In this document: in pieces, positions 33,855 through 41,730 of the stretch | Layout: each line of letters opens with the position of its first letter | Position numbering within the stretch: position 1 is the stretch's first letter | Assembly: GCA_002256025.1 (NCBI GenBank) | Contig: NKIB01014652.1 | Span: 1 to 41,730 of the forward strand | Reading direction: 5' to 3' | Length of the DNA: 41,730 nucleotides | Source: Asterionella formosa | Lineage: Eukaryota | Program-made: the position numbers and the translations under genes | Notes under the pieces: model-generated | The model's database searches: none | Told to the model about the DNA's origin: nothing | What the model saw: the letters and a program-made list of their open reading frames with translations, nothing else

Positions 33855-36041
33855 TTAAGGTAAAGTCCATTCCCTGAAATTAGAAAGTCCCTAAGTACTT
33901 TAAACAAAAATTACAATTCGTCAGAACCTGTTTTCCCCTAATTATCTGAGTTTATCTAATGTTGTCCAGTTGTCTCTCTATGGCCAGCGGGCGCAAACCG
34001 TTAGAAGTTTCATACTTTGATTTAGTAATGGCTGACGAATCGGGAAAGGGAATGTGTACATGAAGAAGCCAAATTGCAACTTGCAGCAAGTTTGCGGTCA
34101 TTTTGCTGAAATGGATAACGTGACGCAGGACAGGCTCTCAAGAAGACTAAATAGAGAGCATCATCAATTCACTCTTTAAAATCGTCTGTGTGCATGATCA
34201 CCACTTGCTTAGTGACTTCCTAGATTGCCTTTCATGCTAATTTTATCCAGGCGAATGTCAAGAAAACACAACAATGACAAGGGCAATTGAGGGGCGGCCC
34301 AAAGGAAAGTAAGCAATAGTAAGCAAGTCTTGCTTACTTTGCTTAATTCTCTCCAAACTCAAAATCGTTCTCCTTTTCCGGCCGAGGTTGTGAAAAACCT
34401 CACATAATTAACTGTTTTCAAAGTCCTTCTTGGGATTGCAATTCCGTAACTGCCAGCATCATCATAGCAATGACCCAATATAAGTATTATAAACTACGAT
34501 ACTGGTATGTATCTACAGTACCTACGCATATTACTTTTACATGTATACTATACACTACCAGCCGGTATATTGATTTTCGTATAACAATTTTCGTTGTCAA
34601 TATTAGTGTTATTACAACTATTCTTTAAAATTGTATTTCTTTATTATGCTCAATATATATACTCAATAGCAAAGCGTCGTTCTTATTTTTCAAGGAGACA
34701 CTTGTTATTATCATCATGGTCAAGGCTGAGATGACATGATGCACCATGCATTCTCCAGCCAGCTCTCAATATGACTACACAGTTACTCCGTAGTGCTGCA
34801 CCGGTAAACATATTATATATATATAAGAATCGAATAATCTAAGCTCAAAAATACAAGTGCTTACGAGTGCTACCTTGGGTATCTGATACCTGAGCAGCAG
34901 CATGAGTCCAGCCACCAGTATGCATATGGTATTATTTGAAATAGTTCATATATAAATCAAATCGTGTCGTCCCATGCCGCTTCCTGTGTTTGCTAGTGGC
35001 GCTAGTCATGGCGGAAACAAGGCTATTTGAGTGGCATGGGAGGATGTTCTGTTGTTTAGTAAAGCAACAGAATGATGACAACATGGTGGATGTGATTGTA
35101 CCATGCCAATCAAAGCGCGAAACATTATATACCATAGGTTTAGGGTTTATGCTAATACTATGCCGACCGGGTCTACCCAGTGGCCCCAAAAATTGCATCC
35201 AGCCATAGTTTTTACTGTTTCATCCCGTTTTGGGAGAAGTCACTTGAATAGTCTACCTTGTGCCATATACCCTCTATACACAATCTTGTGAAGTACCTTG
35301 TAACTGTTTTTTACCTCCTACAATCATTCTGTAATGTTGCTGTGGTCGGAAGATCAACTGCAAGTTGCGGTAATTATGCTACACTAAAGATTTAGATATC
35401 TTTATCCTAGATTTAATTGTCTTTTTAAGCAAAATGACCGCAACTTGTTGGTATGTACCACCGGTATATTTCTAAGTCTACGAGTAAGTATTTTTTTTAG
35501 AACGCAACTTCGCTCGAACAACGCGGCATCATGGCTCCAGAGAACAAGGGAAATGAAAGTCTCAGACATATTACAGTCCGTATCGCAAACACGTACAGTT
35601 ACACTGGCACTCTTACCAGGCATCGGGTACTACATGGTCGGTCACATACAAAAAGGTGAAACAGGATCAAGTCACAATACGGAGTAGTACATTTGTATCT
35701 CCTTGTACCAGGTACCTGTAACCAGGTGGTATGTTGTTCTCGTTCTTCGTCATTCATTTATTTTATGCATGTAAGGAGTACCAAGTGCCGGTGCCGGGAC
35801 CAGGGTACCTGATACCTGGTAGCCCTAGTAACAGTACTTGAGCGGGAACTACCGGTAGGCACAACCTGTACTGAACAGTTTTCATGAAACGCACGTGGAC
35901 ATGAAGTTGCGCAATGCGTCAGTGTTCCTTGGACGGAAAAGGCCAATCTCACAAATCTTGAGGTACAGACGAACAGTACAACCTGCAAAAACTGAAAAAA
36001 ATAGAAATATTGACCACCACTTCGAACGACCACTGTCGCAA

Positions 36042-36473
36042 ATGATAAATAACATGACCAACCCAAACGAACTCAATACCTGCATCACTCCATCGCAGTC
36101 CTTTGAAGAAGTTGAACTCATGTTCCTACAATCCGCTCCCGAGAACAAGCGCCCCCGTCGTTTTCTGCATGGATTCGCGTCGCACGTCTTCGAGCTCAGC
36201 CATCGTTCCCCACTTCCGCTGCTACCCTATCTCAATGACGACGTTGTATCGCTCGAATCTGAGGATGACAAACGAATCATGTTGAAAATGAAGCTATTTG
36301 ATTCCGTCAAACAAGGTGGGTTGTACATAGAGTTCACAGAGCGATGGGAGCAACGAATTGATCCGATATATGCAAAGGAAGTCCCTGTGGCAAATAGAGG
36401 CTCTACAATCACTCGTAAACGAAGGTCCATCCATAATAGCACTCCTGACAATTACTTTGCCAAGGCTGCGTAA
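36042..36473 (+). CDS. Small hypothetical protein, member 1 of a local motif family (frame open from 35895)
   Basis: TPSQ..KRPRRFLHGF..SPLPLLPYL..KRIMLKMK, colinear with the 37359 ORF; both ATGs are preceded by ctgtcgcaa. Confidence 0.7.
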   Translation: MINNMTNPNELNTCITPSQSFEEVELMFLQSAPENKRPRRFLHGFASHVFELSHRSPLPLLPYLNDDVVSLESEDDKRIMLKMKLFDSVKQGGLYIEFTERWEQRIDPIYAKEVPVANRGSTITRKRRSIHNSTPDNYFAKAA

Positions 36474-37358
36474 CTCTGAAGTCTACGAGCAGGAATCTCC
36501 ATCTCCTATATTTTCAGACCACAATGCAATATGAATCAAATTGTACAAAATGTATCCATTTCATAAGTTAAAGAATTGCTTCCTCGTTTTCGCCATCGAT
36601 TTTTAACATAATTTAGAAGGAACCACCAGTAACTCATTGCAGCAGAATTCAGCATCACACATGGCTTTCCTTCTATAATTTAAACTAGCAAAGAATATAT
36701 TTTCAAGCAGTACTAATGGCAAATTAACGATGACAAAAAGCTAATACTTGACCCCCAGGTTGGTTATCTGAGGAAGCCGGCAATCAACTGATGGAGTTTC
36801 ATATTTTGTACTGTTCAGTGGACACGATGACCTACCGTAGCTTGTACAGTAACTTCCTTATTTTTCCTTTTGCTTTTGTACACAGAAAACTTCAAGTCGC
36901 TCATTTCGCGCGACAAACTATGGAACAAACCTTAAGTGTTTCAGTTATCAGTCAGGAGATGTGGGGTTACCGTCGTTGCATTACGGGAAGGATATCTTGC
37001 CAACAAACTTGGAACTGTACTTTACCCGCCCCAGTTGTTCTCTATTTATTTAAGGCGTATGTAGAATATGTATTGTGCACTATCTCAATACATGACACTC
37101 CAGCACATCCCGGTATGTGATATGCCATCCAAAACTGTCATAACGGTATGAATGTAGTAGTTGGAGATGAGGATCATTGACAAAATTGCGTGACATGCGT
37201 GACAACAGGCCGTATAGTCGTGTACCGCTATCACTGAACCAGAACATACAAACACGATTGATGGGTAACAAACTGAAGAAAACATACGAAGTGGTCACAA
37301 AGCTCCTACAAGCAGAAACAGTAATACCTACTTTGAACCCAAATTGCCTGTCGCAACC

Positions 37359-37796
37359 ATGATCAATTCCAACACCAGCCTAGAGGCATGTAACATGTAC
37401 CTTACCCCAAATCAATCCTACGATGACAAACGCCGCTTGCTAGATGTGCCGAAGTTGAAACGTGCCAAACGGGTTCTTTATGGATTCTCGTCCCCCCTAG
37501 GGAGTAACCCCCTTTCCCCACTTCCTTTAATACCAACTCTCGATGGTGACTTTACATCCCTTCAATCTGCGGCCCAAGGGAGCAAGCGATTCAAACTCCA
37601 AATGAAGCAGCTATCGACGCCAACATCGCTCCATCATCACAACAATAATGAGGACAGAGATCGCTTTGATCTGACGGTTACCTTCGACAACTTAGAATCA
37701 AACATCAAGAGCTTAATCCAGCTTCGAGACTCTACAACCAAGCTTAATCTAGTCACCAACACAGAGAAAAGCAATGGTGATGGCTGTACTGCCTAA
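37359..37796 (+). CDS. Small hypothetical protein, member 2
   Basis: TPNQ..KRAKRVLYGF..SPLPLIPTL..KRFKLQMK. Confidence 0.7.
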   Translation: MINSNTSLEACNMYLTPNQSYDDKRRLLDVPKLKRAKRVLYGFSSPLGSNPLSPLPLIPTLDGDFTSLQSAAQGSKRFKLQMKQLSTPTSLHHHNNNEDRDRFDLTVTFDNLESNIKSLIQLRDSTTKLNLVTNTEKSNGDGCTA

Positions 37797-38171
37797 AGAG
37801 GATTTCACAACACTTTCGTTCACATTCATGCAACGTGTCCATTTTGACTTGTACAAGATTCATCTTCACAAGGGAAGCAAGGCAAGAGTGTTCCGCATAG
37901 CTCTCCTTGAATTCGTATTTTCTTTCTGGGTGTCAGAACCCATAGTGCATGGCACTTTACTTACTTCGTCCCAAGTGAACTTTGAAATCAACAATGAATT
38001 CACGAAAAAATAGTCAAAACTACGTTTTAATACATAATTGCGCTGCGGCATGACTCCGATATTTTGAAGATTTATAGCGTTATAGGAACAGTTCATAGAC
38101 TCTTTTTGAGCTTACATGGCTTACACCAAGAGTTCGCCTCAAGAACCATACCATCGCGATGTCCTCCCTTA

Positions 38172-38936
38172 CTATTTCGTCGCATTCACAACCTTTTCCT
38201 TTGCTTCCATGGTTTCAATCATATAGTGGTCATTTGTATAGACGCACATGTCTGTCGCAATCTTCATTGCTTTCTTTGCTACATCTTCCGCAGTCAGGGA
38301 ATCCACTTCCAAAAGAGCCCTTGCCGCAGCTGCGAATCAAAAAAGAGGAGTTAAAAAATGAAACTCCAATTCAGGCGGCTAACATTCAAAGAAGCAAGAA
38401 ATACACTTACCGATCGCATACGGCGATCCACTTCCAATGCCCAGCACGCCATCATGGGACTCAAGAACATCACCATTGCCTGTCAATTCTAATGAGATGT
38501 TCTGATCCGCCACCAACAAAGATGCTTCCAATCGTCTCAAGTACTTGTCCGTTCTCCATCCTTTGGCTAATTCTACACAGCTCCTTGCAAGCTGTCCAGG
38601 ATATTCGTCTAACTTTTGTTCCAATCGTTCCAAAAGTGTAAATGCATCCGCTGTACTTCCTGCAAAGCCAACAATGGTGGGTCCGAATTCCCCGTCTTTT
38701 GTTTTCGCTTCTATCTTACGAATTTTCTTGGCGTTGGGCTTGGCAACCATGCTTCCCATAGAAACTTGACCATCGCCCATCATGCAAACTTGGTTGCCCT
38801 TGCGAATGCAGACAATGGTGGTGCCGTGGTACTGTTCTTTGTCACTCGTGAGCGGAGTGCAATGGAACATTGCCGCGCCCTTATTTGCAATCGCGCTAGG
38901 GCGCAGCGCCTTGCGGGCGATAGAGTTCATCATCAT
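38172..38936 (-). CDS. hslV: Mitochondrial HslV (ClpQ) threonine protease; exons 38936-38411 and 38329-38172
   Basis: Basic presequence, then [34 protein letters not shown] and GIGSGS. An intron at 38410-38330 restores AAARAL..CVYTN. Confidence 0.96.
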
Positions 38937-39344
38937 AATTGATGGCGGAGAGGTACGTGGTTGAATGAAGGTGAGCGATGAGGAATAGGTCGCTGCGACG
39001 ATCTATGAAAATTTGAATAATGCTGATCGCCCTCTGGTGAATGCCATGGCGAATCAGGGGAGAAAATGTCACCTCGGTGCAGCGAAGCAAGAAATGTGGA
39101 CTGAACTAGTTAAATCCTTTTTCTCGTCTGACGTTTTTCCCTTGTCGTTTCCTGACGTTACATGGTAACAGGTACCTGGGGGTACCACGTATGTGTCGTG
39201 TGAGCCTGTTTTTCTACTGGTTCACGACAACACGCACCACCTGGTATTTTGTAGGATACCAGGTACCGTTGACCATGACTATCGGTAAATCGAATGAATG
39301 TGACGGAAACTTGCAAAACAGATAACTGTTTCGTATCTTGTAAC

Positions 39345-40156
39345 ATGCGACCTTACGGTTTAATTGCAGCGATTTTATCCATCACGGCAAGTGGAGCTTT
39401 TGTTCCGCTCGCTCGTCCAACTATCTCGAGAATACAGCTTCAAGAAAGCGTGACAGAAGTGTCGATGGAACCCAAGGAAGCTGTCAAGCTCTTTGGCAGA
39501 TTGGCAGAAAAGTACATTATGCTCGATGCCACTGGTGGTATGTGTTGTTACAGCGGCTGTACTGGTGAGTCACCTCTTTCAAAATCACTGGAATTGGTTG
39601 CTCCTTGCCATGTTGGTGTAGTTTTGTCTTGATACGCTCACATTGCTAGCTTTCAGATTGCGAATATAGAGAACCTGGAGGGGGATATCGAATGGCGGAT
39701 CAAACTGCAAGTCGACCAAAGTGGATTCCAGTGTACCAGGAGAGAAAGTTTGAGAGTCAGGGGAAGGAACATGCGTCCAAGTGGTCTGTAGAGATTTTTA
39801 AACATGGGCCAGGTGGGTCATGTTGGGACTTGTACTTGAAGTCCCTTTGAAATATCATATACGTTTTGGAAAAAAACTTTCTCACCATCCATTCTCCCTT
39901 TATAGCGGTATCGAAAGAAGAATTCGTGACCGCCGTCACTGAGCTAGCATATGCGCCACCCTTGGGTGGACCATATGTAGCAGCATCTGGCGCGAAAATG
40001 GACGACCCATCCGCAGCAGAAGCATTGTTTTATTTGCTGGCCGGAGAAAAAGAGAAGCTTACGAAGCATCGCATGGGACTTGCACTACGACAATTATCGG
40101 GAGGAGAAGAAGGTCTATCTTGGAACCTGTTTGCTGTGGCTGTAGGAGCAGAATAA
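39345..40156 (+). CDS. Plastid-targeted protein with CCxSGCxxC motif; exons 39345-39564, 39657-39812 and 39906-40156
   Basis: Signal peptide followed by SGA-FVP (ASAFAP-type). Two GT..AG introns keep the frame; splicing gives CCYSGCTDC. Confidence 0.85.
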
Positions 40157-40362
40157 AGGAAGAATCTAACTATAGTGCCTTGCTAGAGATTTCCAAAGAC
40201 GGTCTCTTTGGATACAATTTATGACCTCGGAAAATATGTTCGTATGTCAAGGTTATCAGGAGTATCCTACATGAACCTCACCTTTTGCAGCTTACGACGA
40301 GGTACGCTTGGAAAATGCAAAATTTATAAATTACACTTGTACAAAATCGTTTCTTGTTTCTT

Positions 40363-40695
40363 CTATGCAGCCATGGCCATTTGCAGGCCGGGTGAACAAG
40401 CAGTTGGTCGTGCAGAGTTCGTTGAAGCCTCCAGGCGCTGTTTGGCTATTATTGGTGTTTGCTCACCAATACTGATCGTCTCGCAAACATCACCCAATCG
40501 TTTTAACTTCAAATTGAAACGCGGGCGCGTTTTTGATTGCATGTCGGGCTCTTCAAAGGAAGGGAGGAAAGGAAGCGCCCTGTCCGCTTCGAGAAAGGGG
40601 ATGAATTGCGGAATTCTAAGTGGCCTTTCTGGAACCATGAAAGGAGTTTCCCATGACAACTGATTTGGGGTTTCGTAGATATTGCTGCTATTCAT
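40363..40695 (-). CDS. Small hypothetical protein, diverged member 3
   Basis: TPNQ..PERPLR..LPFLPSF..RFNLKLK. Confidence 0.55.
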   Translation of the reverse strand: MNSSNIYETPNQLSWETPFMVPERPLRIPQFIPFLEADRALPFLPSFEEPDMQSKTRPRFNLKLKRLGDVCETISIGEQTPIIAKQRLEASTNSARPTACSPGLQMAMAA

Positions 40696-41730
40696 GACAG
40701 AGTGGTTTGCTGTGATGCAAGAATTCAAGTTTCTCGGGTGATGGCAATGTTAAAATGTTCGAAAACTATGACACCTTTGTTCATCACTGTACCGGTACCA
40801 GGTATGGTTGGTTGGTGAACTGCCTATGATACGTATAAGTATGCCTTCCTTGTTCATGTGCGTACCGGTATTCGTGTAGAATAGTTGTTGATCTCCCGAA
40901 CTGTTGTTTGGCCTTGGTCGCAAACGATGGTCATGTCACCGTAGACTACTACGGTCCTAAGTACTACACCTTCCTCATGTCGTAGCTATGTCGTCTAGAA
41001 ATGACAAATGATAAAATGTCATCCACATGTCAAATTGAATGCATGGCTACTGTTACATATACTACAAAAAATCGGTTCCCGCCTTCCAGCTGGATCGATC
41101 AAGTTCCTGAGAAGTCTTTACGCTGTTGAAGTGCCGACAAAATTGTGTCAACGTCCTGGTAATAGTGCTTTGTCGATATTTAGCAAACTGACAAATTCAA
41201 ATATTGAACTGAAGACGTTCTCTGTAAAAGAAATATGATCGTCGGTCAGGTGCCACAATGTCTGTCTCAGGAAAATGACCGCAGCTTGAAGGTTCCGATT
41301 GGATATGTATTCAATTTATTAATTCAATCCCATGTGGTATGACCCGGCCCAGCGAAGATGTTCAATGTAGCCTACCGGTAGCACTCCCTAGCTGCTACCA
41401 GGGTACGAATAGGAACATGTGTGATAGTCATTATGTCATCATTACGACCGGTCCCTAGTACCAGCTACCAGTACTCCAAGGGCCTGATACCGGTATCATA
41501 TAAAGTCAAGTAATTAACACAGCCATTCAACCTTTGCCGTGGTAAAACATTTGTAAGAAGCCGGATTGTTGAAGCTGTTTTTTGTCTTTTAGTTGAGGCA
41601 TTCGACAAATGCCTACAGCACTTTATGCTCCTCCTTGCTTCTTATTTGGAAAAATTGGCCAGAAAAAGAAACAACCAGAAACCCAAAGCAATGTTCCATC
41701 AAACAGCTATTGATGATGGGATGGGGGGGG

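Noticed and set aside
34318..34338. agtaagcaag-t-cttgcttact hairpin
   Set aside because: Short, and no element boundaries could be defined around it.
35471..35484. 14-nt match tctaagtctacgag to the TIR element core
   Set aside because: No flanking similarity; likely chance.

Overview
Eukaryotic DNA, most likely from a diatom (short GT-AG introns, bipartite ASAFAP-type plastid presequences, stramenopile-type transposons). Genes: GNAT acetyltransferase, two-pore channel, a tandem pair of GH99-like glycosidases, a vWA-CaaX protein, a LarC N-terminal-domain nickel insertase, an ABC1K kinase, mitochondrial HslV, a plastid CCxSGCxxC protein, several hypothetical proteins, and three short proteins sharing colinear motifs. 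About 25.5-34 kb is a nest of decayed transposons (Gypsy-like LTR element, RNase H-bearing LINE, Crypton-like recombinase piece) with a 10-N gap. The most notable feature is a ~1.1 kb non-coding element present twice. At 32739-33854 it is bounded by TIRs. At 254-1401 it is a circular permutation of that copy, with a microhomology-fused end junction, next to a Crypton-like remnant. Both copies carry a 35-bp hairpin whose arms covary. All calls are from reading motifs by eye; no database searches were run.
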